DNA from: Spirochaetota bacterium | Lineage (GTDB): Bacteria; Spirochaetota; UBA4802; UBA5550 | Direction of reading: 5' to 3' | Assembly: GCA_963664815.2 (NCBI GenBank) | Contig: CAXXHB010000003.1 | Coordinates: 3,584,001 to 3,648,000, forward strand | DNA: 64,000 bases | The notes under the pieces: generated by a model | Databases searched by the model: none | Seen by the model: the letters and a program-made list of their open reading frames with translations, nothing else | What the model was told of the DNA's origin: nothing | Position numbers and translations under genes: made by a program | In this document: piece by piece, positions 38,145 through 48,871 of the stretch | How positions within the stretch are numbered: the first letter of the stretch is position 1 | How the letters are laid out: every line of letters begins with the position of its first letter

Positions 38145-39956
38145 ATGAAAAGCCTGCGGTTAAAAGTTATTCTGCTGACCCTGGGAACAGGATTGGGCGT
38201 TCTTGTTATAATCATATCAATAAGTATTTTTTCAATTAACAGATACAGCACCCGGCTGCTTGAAATGAATAAAGGGGTTGTTTTCAGTGATTATGATAAA
38301 AATGTAAAAAACCAGATAGAAAATGGTATTTCTTTAATTGAAGCCGTGTATAAATACCAGAAGGCAAATAACATCTCGGAGGATCAGGGGAAAAATCTCG
38401 CCAAAACACTTGTAAGAGAGCTTAAATATGACAAATCAGGTTATTTCTGGATTGATGATTATGAAGGTGTAAATGTCTGTTTTCCTGGACATACCGGTGA
38501 AGAGGGTAAATCGAGGATAGACAATAAAGATGTCAATGGAACTTTTTTTATTAAGGAAATCATTGAAAACGGGAGAAAAAGTGAAGGGGGATTTACTGAC
38601 TACTGGTTCCCCAAACCAGGGGAAACCCAGGCTAACAGGAAAAGAAGCTTCAGTAAATCTTTCGAACCATACAGATGGGTAATAGGTACAGGCAACTATG
38701 TTGACGATATAGAGAAGACTGTCGCTTTACTTGCAGATGAAAACAGGGAATATATTCAGAAACTGTTTATGATCGTACTTGCTGCTGCAGTGATTATGTC
38801 GGCAATTATTATCATCCTGTCAATAGTATTTGGAAACTCAATTGCAAAACCTATTATAGAATCGGCAAATGTTGCAAATAAACTCGCCGAAGGAGACCTT
38901 ACCGGCAGAATCGATAAAAAATATTCGAACAGGAAGGATGAGGTTGGCACCCTTGTAAACAGCATAAATTCCGCCAACGAAAACCTGGAGAGAATGATTG
39001 CATCCATCATCACTGCTATGCAGAACCTCTATTACGCTACAGAGCAGATAAGCTCAGGCAACCTGAATCTGTCACAGCGGACAACAGAACAGGCATCATC
39101 CCTGGAGGAGATTGCCTCTACTATTGAAGAAACAACAGCAACAATTTCACAAAACACCGAGAATGCAAGGCATGCCAACAATACATCAATTGAGTCATAC
39201 AAATTCGCTGAAAAGGGGGGCAAACTGGTAAGCGATGCCGTTTCCTCTATCAACGAAATAAGTGAATCGAGCAAGAAGATAGGTGAAATTATTTCTGTAA
39301 TTAATGAAATCGCATTCCAGACAAACCTCCTGGCCCTTAACGCGGCTGTTGAAGCAGCCAGGGCAGGAGAACAGGGACGGGGCTTTGCCGTTGTAGCAGG
39401 TGAGGTAAGGAATCTGGCGCAGAGAGCCGGCACCGCTGCGAAACAGATAGGGGAACTTATCAGGGAATCTATTAACAGGATCGAGAAAGGAACAGATCAG
39501 GCAAATAACAGCGGCGAGGCCATAAAGGATATTATAAAATCTGTAAGAAATGTAACGCAGCTTATATCTGAAATCACTGCGGCTAGCGATGAACAGAAAT
39601 CGGGAATAGACCAGATCAATATTGCAGTAACTGACCTAGACAACATGACACAGCAGAATGCTGCCCTTGTGGAAGAAACCGCATCGGCAAGCGAAGAGAT
39701 GTCTTCGCAGGCACTTGACCTGATGAACAGCATAACAAAGACATTTAAAATAGACGCTGAATACGAAGCTCAAAGCAGAAAGATTATCAAAGCAGCCGAT
39801 GAAGCATCACAAAAAGAGAAAAAATTTGCTGCCGAAAAAATCAGTAAAGCTTATAAAACAGTAAGACCTGACAAACAGGCAATTGGAAACAACACAGGTA
39901 CCTCTCAGACTAAAAAGGTTGAAGGGAATTTTGATGACGATTACGATCTGTTTTAG
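38145..39956 (+). CDS. methyl-accepting chemotaxis protein (Cache sensor, HAMP)
   Basis: YFWI..YWFPKPG..WVIGTG; [34 protein letters not shown]; RBS GAGGAGG. Confidence 0.95.
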   Translation: MKSLRLKVILLTLGTGLGVLVIIISISIFSINRYSTRLLEMNKGVVFSDYDKNVKNQIENGISLIEAVYKYQKANNISEDQGKNLAKTLVRELKYDKSGYFWIDDYEGVNVCFPGHTGEEGKSRIDNKDVNGTFFIKEIIENGRKSEGGFTDYWFPKPGETQANRKRSFSKSFEPYRWVIGTGNYVDDIEKTVALLADENREYIQKLFMIVLAAAVIMSAIIIILSIVFGNSIAKPIIESANVANKLAEGDLTGRIDKKYSNRKDEVGTLVNSINSANENLERMIASIITAMQNLYYATEQISSGNLNLSQRTTEQASSLEEIASTIEETTATISQNTENARHANNTSIESYKFAEKGGKLVSDAVSSINEISESSKKIGEIISVINEIAFQTNLLALNAAVEAARAGEQGRGFAVVAGEVRNLAQRAGTAAKQIGELIRESINRIEKGTDQANNSGEAIKDIIKSVRNVTQLISEITAASDEQKSGIDQINIAVTDLDNMTQQNAALVEETASASEEMSSQALDLMNSITKTFKIDAEYEAQSRKIIKAADEASQKEKKFAAEKISKAYKTVRPDKQAIGNNTGTSQTKKVEGNFDDDYDLF

Positions 39957-40090
39957 TAACCGGCTGCAGTTTCGCCGTGAGATTCACGGATGGTCTTCTC
40001 CCGGGAATTGCTGCATAAACGTCCCAGCCGGCTGAATACGTTTTTGAATTTTATAAAACATCAAATTACCCGGAAGATAAAGCTGATAAA

Positions 40091-40240
40091 CTATTTAACC
40101 ATAGGGCATTTACTGCAGTCTGAACAGCTGCAGCTGCATCCGGAAGTATCAACCGGTTTCCGGATGAATCTTATTATCTTTATAACAAAATATACTATGG
40201 ATAATATAACTGCTGTTCCTGTAATAATTAAATCTATCAT
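40091..40240 (-). CDS. FeoB-associated Cys-rich membrane protein (49 aa, not in ORF track)
   Basis: MIDLIITGTAVILSIVYFVIKIIRFIRKPVDTSGCSCSCSDCSKCPMVK*, starting 2 nt after the feoB stop. Confidence 0.85.
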   Translation of the reverse strand: MIDLIITGTAVILSIVYFVIKIIRFIRKPVDTSGCSCSCSDCSKCPMVK

Positions 40241-40242
40241 AT

Positions 40243-42441
40243 TTAAACTCCTAACCCGAAAAATTTACCTGTCTGATAAACTGCAAAGCACAAAGTCCAT
40301 GAAACTGTGATTGAATAGAGAACATAAAATCCGAGCCATCTCCACCCAAGTTCCGCTTTAATAGTCGCCTGTGCTGCGAAACATGGTGCCAATATAAGAG
40401 TAAACAGCATAAGAACAAACGCTACTAACGGGTTAAAGTTCTTATCACTCTTAAGTGCATTACGGAGAGTCGCACCCTCGCTAGTTTCCTCACCCCCTGT
40501 TTTATAAAGTATTCCAAGAGTTGAAACAACCGATTCCTTGGCGGCAAAACCTGTTATTGTAGCAACGCCTATTTTCCAGTCAAATCCCAGTGGTATGATA
40601 GCCGGTTCTATAATTCTCCCGAGCCGTCCGGCAGTACTATAAGCAAGTTCATCCTCTTTCTTTAAATTATCAGCATATTCAGAGGCTTGTTCGTCAATGG
40701 TCTCCTTCTCTTCGTTTATATCCGCAGTATTATTATCAACCTCCGTAACTGTATTATTTGACCTGGCTTTATCTTCCAGAATAATTTTATAGTCATCTTC
40801 TATTTTCTGATATTTAGCAATATCCTGGGCAGGTTTTGGAAATGATATAATAACCCATATCAGAATCGAGGCCGGTAAAAGAATTGCTCCCGCCTTTTTT
40901 ATATAGAGCATGGTTTTTTCTCTGATATGACTGAGAATTCCTTTGAAAGTCGGCAATCTGTAAGGGGGAAGCTCCATAACAAATGGAGTTGATTCACCCT
41001 TTAATATTGTTTTTCTGAATAAAAGAGAGGACATCAAAGCCAGAACAACACCTATCACATAGATCAGTAAAACCATGTTTCCGGCATTTGCAGTAAAAAA
41101 TGTACCGGCAAGAAGAATGTGAACAGGAAGCTTTGCTCCGCAATTCATAAATGGGGTAACCAGAATTGTGATGATTCTGTCTCTTGGATTTTTAAGAGAT
41201 CTTGACGCCATTATAGCCGGTACAGAGCATCCGAATCCCACCATTAAAGGTAAAAAGGATTGCCCGTGAAGACCGAAAATATGAAGAAATTTATCCATTA
41301 TAAAAGCAGCTCTTGCCATATAGCCGGAATCTTCCAGAATAGAAATAAACATAAAAAGAATAACAATAAGAGGGACAAAAGAGAGTACCCCCCCAAGTCC
41401 GGGTATTATACCATCAATAACCAGTGATTTCAGCATCCCATCATGCAGTAATTTTGCAGAAAGAACTCCGAGCCATCCGAAAAGCGATTCCAGCCAGCTC
41501 TGCGGGTATGCCCCGATGATGAATGTCAGTTGAAAAATCCCCCAGAGCATAAAGAGAAAAACCGGAAGCCCAAGAAAACGGTTTAAAAGAATTGCATCAA
41601 TTTTTTCTGTTTCGGTGATATCAGAACCTGCTTTTTTAACAGCTTCAGTAACAGCCCCGTGAATATAACCATACCTCTGTTCTGAAATTATAATTTCTGA
41701 ATCATTTCCGAAATGTGTTTCAATTCTTTCTATACATTGAAGAGCTGTATCTTCCACCGCTGTTTTATGTGAATGCTTCTGAATTTTTTTATAAGCATTC
41801 TGATCTTTTTCCAGAAGCTTTATTGCAATCCACCTCGGAGGAAAAACATGGGAGAATTCTTTATCCTCTGAAAGAATTCCGGCTATTTTAGTGATCTCAT
41901 CCTCAATTTCATAACCATATGATGGTATCCTTACCGATTTTTTTTTATTGTTAAACATATCAATAGCTGCATCAAGCAGATCATTTATCCCTTTTTCTTT
42001 TGCCCCGACTGTCTTTATCATAGGGATATCCAGAAGAATTGACAGCAGTTTATCGTCAATTTGAATCCCCATGTTTTCGGCCTGATCTGTTATATTCAGT
42101 GCACCAATTATCGGTATGTTCAACTCCTGGAATTGAAGCGATAAATACAGGTTTCTCTCGATGTTTGTAGAATCTATTACATCGATGATGATATCCGGAT
42201 TTTCATCGATTATAAAATCTCTTGCGATCACCTCATCAATTGAATATGCTGTTAAACTATAGGTTCCGGGGAGATCATATATTAAAAATTCATAATCTTT
42301 ATATATTTTTCTTCCCATCTTTTTTTCAACGGTAACACCTGCATAATTTCCCACCTTCTGGTTTGAACCGGTCATATAATTAAAAATAGTGGTTTTACCC
42401 GAATTTGGATTTCCGGCGAGACCGACTTTAATCTGTTTCAT
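40243..42441 (-). CDS. feoB: ferrous iron transport protein B
   Basis: GNPNSGKT, VGNYAGVTVE, DLPG, GFGCSVPA, FVMELPPY. Confidence 0.96.
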   Translation of the reverse strand: MKQIKVGLAGNPNSGKTTIFNYMTGSNQKVGNYAGVTVEKKMGRKIYKDYEFLIYDLPGTYSLTAYSIDEVIARDFIIDENPDIIIDVIDSTNIERNLYLSLQFQELNIPIIGALNITDQAENMGIQIDDKLLSILLDIPMIKTVGAKEKGINDLLDAAIDMFNNKKKSVRIPSYGYEIEDEITKIAGILSEDKEFSHVFPPRWIAIKLLEKDQNAYKKIQKHSHKTAVEDTALQCIERIETHFGNDSEIIISEQRYGYIHGAVTEAVKKAGSDITETEKIDAILLNRFLGLPVFLFMLWGIFQLTFIIGAYPQSWLESLFGWLGVLSAKLLHDGMLKSLVIDGIIPGLGGVLSFVPLIVILFMFISILEDSGYMARAAFIMDKFLHIFGLHGQSFLPLMVGFGCSVPAIMASRSLKNPRDRIITILVTPFMNCGAKLPVHILLAGTFFTANAGNMVLLIYVIGVVLALMSSLLFRKTILKGESTPFVMELPPYRLPTFKGILSHIREKTMLYIKKAGAILLPASILIWVIISFPKPAQDIAKYQKIEDDYKIILEDKARSNNTVTEVDNNTADINEEKETIDEQASEYADNLKKEDELAYSTAGRLGRIIEPAIIPLGFDWKIGVATITGFAAKESVVSTLGILYKTGGEETSEGATLRNALKSDKNFNPLVAFVLMLFTLILAPCFAAQATIKAELGWRWLGFYVLYSITVSWTLCFAVYQTGKFFGLGV

Positions 42442-42463
42442 ATATTTGTCCTGATCATATTTT

Positions 42464-42688
42464 TTAAATTAATTCCACAGAAACGCCTTTAGCTTCCGAT
42501 TTGCGTATTGAGATATTATATCCCATAATCTTGACCTGTATCGGGTCACCAAGTAATGCCGACCGTATAACCTTCCCCTCAACATCTTTTGAAAAACCCA
42601 TATCTGCAAGCCTCTTCCCCGTTTCACCCCGCAGATTTACCTTTTTTATTTTAAATTTATCTCCGTTGTTTAAATCAGCTATGACCAT
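42464..42688 (-). CDS. feoA: ferrous iron transport protein A
   Basis: RLADMGF..G...APLGDP-like (ALLGDP), SIRKSEA. Confidence 0.92.
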   Translation of the reverse strand: MVIADLNNGDKFKIKKVNLRGETGKRLADMGFSKDVEGKVIRSALLGDPIQVKIMGYNISIRKSEAKGVSVELI

Positions 42689-42707
42689 AAAATCCCTCTC
42701 TATAGTA

Positions 42708-42730
42708 ATTATGATAATCATTATCATAAT
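42708..42730. promoter_or_regulatory. Fur box upstream of feoA
   Basis: Perfect 11-1-11 repeat ATTATGATAAT-C-ATTATCATAAT. Confidence 0.88.
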
Positions 42731-42744
42731 AATGTTAAAAAAAT

Positions 42745-43188
42745 TTATCCCCTCCTGCATGCAGGGCATATCCCATAAAGGTTAAGACGATGATTAATTA
42801 ACTCAAAGCCGTGGCTGGCTGATATCTTTTTCTGAATTTTTTCTATCTCCGGAGAAACTATCTCCACAAATATACCACATTTTGTACAGATCAGATGATC
42901 ATGATGATTCTTATCATCATTTATTTCATAGCGGGTTACACCATCATCTACAACAATTTCTTTACATATCCCTATACTGCAGAAAAGCTTAAGAGCCCTG
43001 TATATAGTTGCAATACCCAGATTTGGAATATTCTCCCTGCATATATCATACAATTCCTCAGCTGTCAGATGCTTCCCGGAATTGTAAAATATTTTAAGTA
43101 TATCTTCTCTCTGTATACTGGATTTAAGATTTTCGCTTTTAAGATATTCCCCCAGCCTTATTAATATTTCATTTAATGTTATATTCAT
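42745..43188 (-). CDS. fur: Fur family transcriptional regulator
   Basis: HLTAEELY, ATIYRAL, HHDHLICTKCG, YGICPAC. Confidence 0.92.
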   Translation of the reverse strand: MNITLNEILIRLGEYLKSENLKSSIQREDILKIFYNSGKHLTAEELYDICRENIPNLGIATIYRALKLFCSIGICKEIVVDDGVTRYEINDDKNHHDHLICTKCGIFVEIVSPEIEKIQKKISASHGFELINHRLNLYGICPACRRG

Positions 43189-43241
43189 ATTGACCTTTAT
43201 CGATATTGATAATAATTATCAATATCGATAAAGGTCAATAT
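43187..43241. promoter_or_regulatory. 55-bp perfect palindrome centred on a Fur box, upstream of fur
   Basis: ATATTGACCTTTATCGATATTGATAAT-A-ATTATCAATATCGATAAAGGTCAATAT. Confidence 0.85.
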
Positions 43242-43318
43242 CTGTCAATTAAATTATTTAAAATATTTCATGTATCCATTGTCAGGTTATTATGAAAAGC
43301 AATACAGTCTGCAGCCGA

Positions 43319-44251
43319 TTACTCGCCTTTATAAACAAATTTAACCGGACCTTTCCCGTCATATTCAAATTTAGCTTTAAGCTTTACCCTCTGTTCAAGA
43401 AGACATCTGAATTTTTTATCACGATGGTTGCGTATCTGTACCGTCATTATATCAGAACCCTGTTTAAGTGAAATGATCCTTGACTCTGCACTGCTGAACC
43501 AGTAGTCTTCGCGTATAGATGCAACATTCATAAATACAGTATCGTTTAATGATCCTATCTGCCGCTTGCTTAAGCCAAGAAATGATGGAATATGCGTATG
43601 ACCGCAAAGCCAGAGTTCAACCTTCTCCTTTTTCAGAATTTCTGTGAACCTTTCCGAACCCTGGACATTCCTGTATGAAATAAGATTATAGATAAACCCG
43701 CTCCCTCCAAGATGCGAATGAGTCACGGTTATTATATTCTTATCGCGGTTTGTTTCAACAAGGTTTCTCCACCAGTTAAACGCTCCGTCCGAAATATCTG
43801 AACCGGAACTGTCCTTTTCATCGGAAAGAAGAATAATAATCAGATTCCCGTACTGTACCGCATAATGCAGCGGTTTCTTCGTTGCCTTGAGGTAAGCGTC
43901 GATATTCCTGGCATCATGGTTCCCGGCAATCTCATAAAGATCAGGTATTCCGGCTCTGCTGTATATGTTATAAAACCATATATAGGCATCTTCGGCCCGG
44001 TATTCATCCCCATACTGCGCTATGTCACCAACGCAGATTGACGCATCAATATTCTTCATGTGTGCTATATCATCAACAGCAATCTCAAAACAGAGCCGCT
44101 CCTTCTGATTACGGGGTTGAATATCTCCGAATGCCCAGAGAACAAGATCATCGGGATTAAAAACAGCTGTCGGAGGTTCTTCAGCATACAGTGTTAAAAG
44201 CGGGACGGTGCATAAAATGAAAAGAAAAAGGACTTTCCGCATTATTTTCAC
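43319..44251 (-). CDS. exported calcineurin-like metallophosphoesterase
   Basis: GDIQ, GD, GNHD, HSH, GHTH; signal peptide. Confidence 0.87.
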   Translation of the reverse strand: MKIMRKVLFLFILCTVPLLTLYAEEPPTAVFNPDDLVLWAFGDIQPRNQKERLCFEIAVDDIAHMKNIDASICVGDIAQYGDEYRAEDAYIWFYNIYSRAGIPDLYEIAGNHDARNIDAYLKATKKPLHYAVQYGNLIIILLSDEKDSSGSDISDGAFNWWRNLVETNRDKNIITVTHSHLGGSGFIYNLISYRNVQGSERFTEILKKEKVELWLCGHTHIPSFLGLSKRQIGSLNDTVFMNVASIREDYWFSSAESRIISLKQGSDIMTVQIRNHRDKKFRCLLEQRVKLKAKFEYDGKGPVKFVYKGE

Positions 44252-44529
44252 CTTTTTTTATTGAAATGAGTTAAATCGTTTATGACATTAAAAATGTTTT
44301 AAAAATCAGACAACTGTATTTTTAGCGATAAAGATCAATTTATTTTTTAACAGATTAATATATCTTATAATAATAATCATATTATAATTAATAAAAACAT
44401 ACTAAAAACATGGACAGTATTTAATCTGTAAACTTAATTTTTAACATAATAGGTTTTATACTATCTCTACGGACTTTTTTCAGGTTATTTTATAATTTCT
44501 TTCATCTTCATAATAAGTATACTATATCC

Positions 44530-46623
44530 TCATGTTTTAAATGACGCCACAACGGAACTGATCTCCGTTGAAAGATCTGAAACAGTCCGGGAATTTCCGG
44601 ATACTTCCTCAGCTGAAGATGCCGTTGACTGTGCTATGGAGCTTATATCTGTTATCGCCTTGACAATTTCACTGAACGCAAATTTCTGTTCCTCTGACGC
44701 ATTTTTAATCTGGCTGCTTAATATCTGGAGAGAATCTATCTGACTGCCTATTTCAGATTTTATTTTTATCTGTTCCTCAGTGTTCCTGAAAATTCCCTGC
44801 ATCCTTTCAGAAATGCTGGCAATCTGGTGTGTAATGTTCCCGAGAATATTTATTGATTTGAGAACAGTATCCATCCCCTGTCCGATTTCATCTTTATTTA
44901 TTTTTATAAGTGTGTCAATATCCTTTAGACTTGTTGAAGTCTGATCTGCAAGTTTTGATATCTCCTCGGCAACAACAGCAAAACCCTTCCCGGCATCACC
45001 TGCGCGTGCTGCTTCAATAGCAGCATTTAACGACAGAAGGTTGATTCTGTCCGATATATCATCTATAATCTCAACAATCCCCGTCATCTTCTGTGAACTG
45101 TCTGTAATCTTAACCATACTGTTATTCATCAGCTTAAGATGCTTATCTCCCGAGAGGGCTTCCTCGGATATTTTCCCTGAAAGACTTACAGAATCTTTCA
45201 CAGTCGATTCAAGATTTACAATATTGTCTGAAAGCCTCGAAATCATCGATATAAGAAGGTTAAACTTTTCATGCTGCACAGCAGATATGTCAGATGTATT
45301 CTCTGTCGTTGCTGCAAGCTGTTCAACAGTAGAGGTCATCTCCTCTGATGATGCTGCCTGCCTCTGTGCATTATCCGAAAGAGTTACTGATGAATTATTC
45401 AGTTCTGTTGACGATACCGTAAGAGAATCAGCCGACTTTTTAATAAGGGAAACTATGCTTCTGATCTTTGATGTGAAAATATTAAAACTGGAGGCGAACG
45501 CCCCTATTTCATCATCCGCCTCTATATCTATTTTTCTGGTCAGATCACCCCCCCCCTCTGCTATCTCCTTCATCATAACGTTAATCCGCTTCATCGGAGA
45601 CAGCTGTTTTCCGATAATTATATTCATGAAAAAAAACAGCACCCCGACAAGTACCAGGGACACAAACAGGGAGACAATACTGTTTCTTACTGCATCGGAT
45701 AAAAATTCACCATCGGGGATCATTACGCCGTAGACCATGTTGTTTGCCGTCATAATTGAAAATACGTGATAATCTGAATCAGCAATCTCCGCTTTCCTGT
45801 AGGAACATGCATCAGGTTTTAAATCAGCAGAGGATGCAATACTGTTTAAAAGCGGTACCTGGCTGATATCCTTCATTACCATGCTGCCGTCAATGGTGTA
45901 TGAGATAATTTTCTTTGAACCGAGATCAGCCAGAAACGTTTTTGAATTTGGTGTAATTCTTATATCATTCAGAAATTTTAATATTTCACTTAAAGACCAG
46001 TCTACAGTTGATATACCTATAATCCTTTTCTGAGCATCAAACATAAATGTATCAACGGTAATCATAAGGGAATTAGTCCCGCTTTCATCAACGTATGGAG
46101 CTGTCCAGTAAAACTCTTTCTCCCTCTTTTTAGTCCTGTCCCATCCATCAGGTAGAGCAAAGGTATACCAGCTCTGCCCCGGGTAATTATACTTTTCAGT
46201 ATTAAGATCCCAGGTAAACACAACTTTACCGTTTTCAAAAAATGCATAAGGCCCATACAGTTTTACACCAGGATCAAGAGCATGAGGATCATACCAGATC
46301 CCCCCGCCGATAGCAGCTTTGAATCCGGCAAATGTAGAAATAAGATATTTCTTCATCGAAGCTTCATTGCCGGCTTTATTATTCCGGTAAGTCTCGTAAT
46401 AATATGAGCCATATATGGCCAGATTCATCGCGCAGTTTTCCATAAGCCCCACAGATTTATTGATTCTCCCTACGTTTACCATGGTAACTTTTTCAATTTC
46501 ACAGATCTTCGACTTCCTGTAATTCAGATATGCGATTATCTGCGAAATTGAAAAAACCACAATAAATAGAATTGAAAACAGCACAATAACTGACAGTATC
46601 TTATATCTTATACTCTTTACCAT
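44530..46623 (-). CDS. methyl-accepting chemotaxis protein (dCache-like, HAMP)
   Basis: WY..WTAPYVD; GGGDLT..DEIG; ISDRINLLSLNAAIEAARAGDAGKGFAVVAEEI. Confidence 0.95.
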   Translation of the reverse strand: MVKSIRYKILSVIVLFSILFIVVFSISQIIAYLNYRKSKICEIEKVTMVNVGRINKSVGLMENCAMNLAIYGSYYYETYRNNKAGNEASMKKYLISTFAGFKAAIGGGIWYDPHALDPGVKLYGPYAFFENGKVVFTWDLNTEKYNYPGQSWYTFALPDGWDRTKKREKEFYWTAPYVDESGTNSLMITVDTFMFDAQKRIIGISTVDWSLSEILKFLNDIRITPNSKTFLADLGSKKIISYTIDGSMVMKDISQVPLLNSIASSADLKPDACSYRKAEIADSDYHVFSIMTANNMVYGVMIPDGEFLSDAVRNSIVSLFVSLVLVGVLFFFMNIIIGKQLSPMKRINVMMKEIAEGGGDLTRKIDIEADDEIGAFASSFNIFTSKIRSIVSLIKKSADSLTVSSTELNNSSVTLSDNAQRQAASSEEMTSTVEQLAATTENTSDISAVQHEKFNLLISMISRLSDNIVNLESTVKDSVSLSGKISEEALSGDKHLKLMNNSMVKITDSSQKMTGIVEIIDDISDRINLLSLNAAIEAARAGDAGKGFAVVAEEISKLADQTSTSLKDIDTLIKINKDEIGQGMDTVLKSINILGNITHQIASISERMQGIFRNTEEQIKIKSEIGSQIDSLQILSSQIKNASEEQKFAFSEIVKAITDISSIAQSTASSAEEVSGNSRTVSDLSTEISSVVASFKT

Positions 46624-46762
46624 TAAAATACCCTCTTATTTCCTTCAATTTTCCCGGTATACCATGATTCAAACAAAAAAAATCGAGTGTATCATGTTTA
46701 TAAAATATACTATATACATGTCTATGCGATTTTCAAAAAAAACATTACAGAAAATAATAATA

Positions 46763-46914
46763 ACTTGAGTTAGGCATTTTTATGCAGGGATGTCGAAGGG
46801 TGTACGGAGGATATACGGAGGGTGTATTAAAGGTGTAAATATTTAAATGACATGTAAGAATATTTTTTTCATAATAAATTGTATTTTTATAAATAAAATC
46901 TGCCTAACTCAAGT
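46763..46914. mobile_element. possible MITE (152 bp, 14-bp terminal inverted repeats)
   Basis: ACTTGAGTTAGGCA ... TGCCTAACTCAAGT, non-coding interior. Confidence 0.45.
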
Positions 46915-46927
46915 AACAATAATAAAA

Positions 46928-46955
46928 AAAGGGCTGCCCACAGTGGCAGCCCTTT
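46928..46955 (-). terminator. rho-independent terminator of the acyl-CoA dehydrogenase gene
   Basis: AAAGGGCTGCC-cacagt-GGCAGCCCTTT with A-tract. Confidence 0.8.
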
Positions 46956-46996
46956 AACACTTAGCTGTAAATATATAAATGTAGCTGTAATTATGC

Positions 46997-48871
46997 TTAC
47001 AGATTTTCTCCGCATGCAAAACTTGCATCATTAATACTCATAAGAGACATATCCTCTTTCTTTATCGCTTCAGCATATGATTTAGCTGTCGGAAGTACAT
47101 TCTTTATGTAATACTCTGCACTGTAAACTTTCCCCTGATAGAAAGCAGCTTCTTTATCGTCGTTTGGAAGATTTCTGATGGCTTTTTTATCATTGGGATC
47201 AATTCCCTTCGATTTGTATATTGCCTGAAGTTTCTCCTCTGCAACACCTGCCATCCATAACTGCAGCCATGCAAGTGAAATACAGCCGACAAGATTGAGG
47301 AATGGATATGCATTGGTAATAGGTATCATAAACTTCCCTTCTTTACCGCAATTTGCAAAATACATTCCCATTGCCGCCATAAGGTCAACATACTCCTTGA
47401 CATCCTTTGCCATATCTGACAGTCTCGCTTCCCCTTTATACTGTTCAATGGTTTTATTCATTTCACCGAGGTAATTCATGAAAACCATACCTTTCTTCGC
47501 ACCGAGTTTTCTACCCACAAGATCAAGCGCCTGAATACCATTTGTTCCCTCATAGAGAGAAGCAATTTTCAAATCTCTCATAAACTGGTGCATCGGGTAA
47601 TCGTTGCAGAAACCATAGCCGCCGAAGCACTGTATACCAAGCTCTGTTACCCTGAATCCCATATCTGTTCCATATGCTTTACATACAGGGATCAGGAAGT
47701 CCATAATACCGGACCATTTATCAACTTCTTCACCTGAACTGGCGTGTGCTTTATCAAGACAGAGTGAGCAGAGGTAAACCAGTGCCCTGAGTCCTTCTGT
47801 ATGGGATTTCATCCACATAAGCATTCTTCTTACATCGGGGTGCTGAATAATCGGAACGCTTGGAGCATCGGGATTCATTGAATCCTTAAGATTTTTCCCC
47901 TGTATCCTTTCTTTGCAGTAAGCAAGAGCATGGAGATAGGAAACTGATGCCGTACTTGAACCCTGAAGCCCCATCCCGAGACGCGCTTCATTCATCATCT
48001 GGAACATGATAGCCATACCCTTTCTCTCTTCTCCGAGCAGTTCCCCTATACAGTCATTGTCGCTGCCAAAGCTCATTGAGCATGTGCCGTTCCCCTTAAG
48101 ACCCATCTTATGTTCAATTCCAGTACATACTACATCGTTAAACTTCCCGAGGCTTCCATCTTCATTAACCCTGTATTTCGGAACAAGGAAAATGGAAATA
48201 CCCTTTGTACCACCCGGATCCCCTTCAATCCTTGCAAGAACCGGGTGAACAACATTTTCAAAAAGATCATTTTCACCGGATGTAATGAATATCTTAGCGC
48301 CTGTGATTTTATAAGTTCCATCAGGTTGTTTTATTGCCTTTGTTTTTAAAGCTCCCACATCAGAACCTGCATCAGGCTCAGTAAGACACATTGAACCGCC
48401 CCACTTCTGGGCATACATCTTGTCCATATAAAGCCTTTTCTGTCTCTCTGTACCGAAAACCTCAATCAAATGGCCTGCACCTGTTGCCGCTTCGGGATAA
48501 AGCTGAAATCCCATATGAAATGAATAATACTCGTTTGCTGCCATACAAATTACATAAGGCATACCCTGCCCGCCTGCTTCCGGGCTTATACCCATTGTGA
48601 AAAGGCCGGCTTCAGTCATTATTTTGTGTACTTCCCGGTATTGAGGTGGTATTGTTACCTTCCCCTTGTCGAATTTCGCTCCGCCTTCACTGTCAACTTC
48701 CTGGTAACAACCGAGTACATGTTCTTCACAAATCTGTTTAGTGAGATCAAGAGTCATTTCAAACATATCCTGATCAAAATCGGCGAATTGTTCAGTCTTG
48801 AGAAGATCCTGAACTTTTAGAAGTTCAAAAAGTACAAACTTCTGGTCACGTGAATCAACTATACGATCCAT
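46997..48871 (-). CDS. acyl-CoA dehydrogenase (about 600-aa type)
   Basis: GSMCLTEPDAGSDVG, KIFITSGE, EHKMG, MNEARL, YEGTNGIQALDL. Confidence 0.94.
   Translation of the reverse strand: MDRIVDSRDQKFVLFELLKVQDLLKTEQFADFDQDMFEMTLDLTKQICEEHVLGCYQEVDSEGGAKFDKGKVTIPPQYREVHKIMTEAGLFTMGISPEAGGQGMPYVICMAANEYYSFHMGFQLYPEAATGAGHLIEVFGTERQKRLYMDKMYAQKWGGSMCLTEPDAGSDVGALKTKAIKQPDGTYKITGAKIFITSGENDLFENVVHPVLARIEGDPGGTKGISIFLVPKYRVNEDGSLGKFNDVVCTGIEHKMGLKGNGTCSMSFGSDNDCIGELLGEERKGMAIMFQMMNEARLGMGLQGSSTASVSYLHALAYCKERIQGKNLKDSMNPDAPSVPIIQHPDVRRMLMWMKSHTEGLRALVYLCSLCLDKAHASSGEEVDKWSGIMDFLIPVCKAYGTDMGFRVTELGIQCFGGYGFCNDYPMHQFMRDLKIASLYEGTNGIQALDLVGRKLGAKKGMVFMNYLGEMNKTIEQYKGEARLSDMAKDVKEYVDLMAAMGMYFANCGKEGKFMIPITNAYPFLNLVGCISLAWLQLWMAGVAEEKLQAIYKSKGIDPNDKKAIRNLPNDDKEAAFYQGKVYSAEYYIKNVLPTAKSYAEAIKKEDMSLMSINDASFACGENL

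Noticed and set aside
29121-45733. Long antisense ORFs (29121..29741, 39032..39433, 45041..45733)
   Set aside because: Shadows of the well-supported RND and MCP genes
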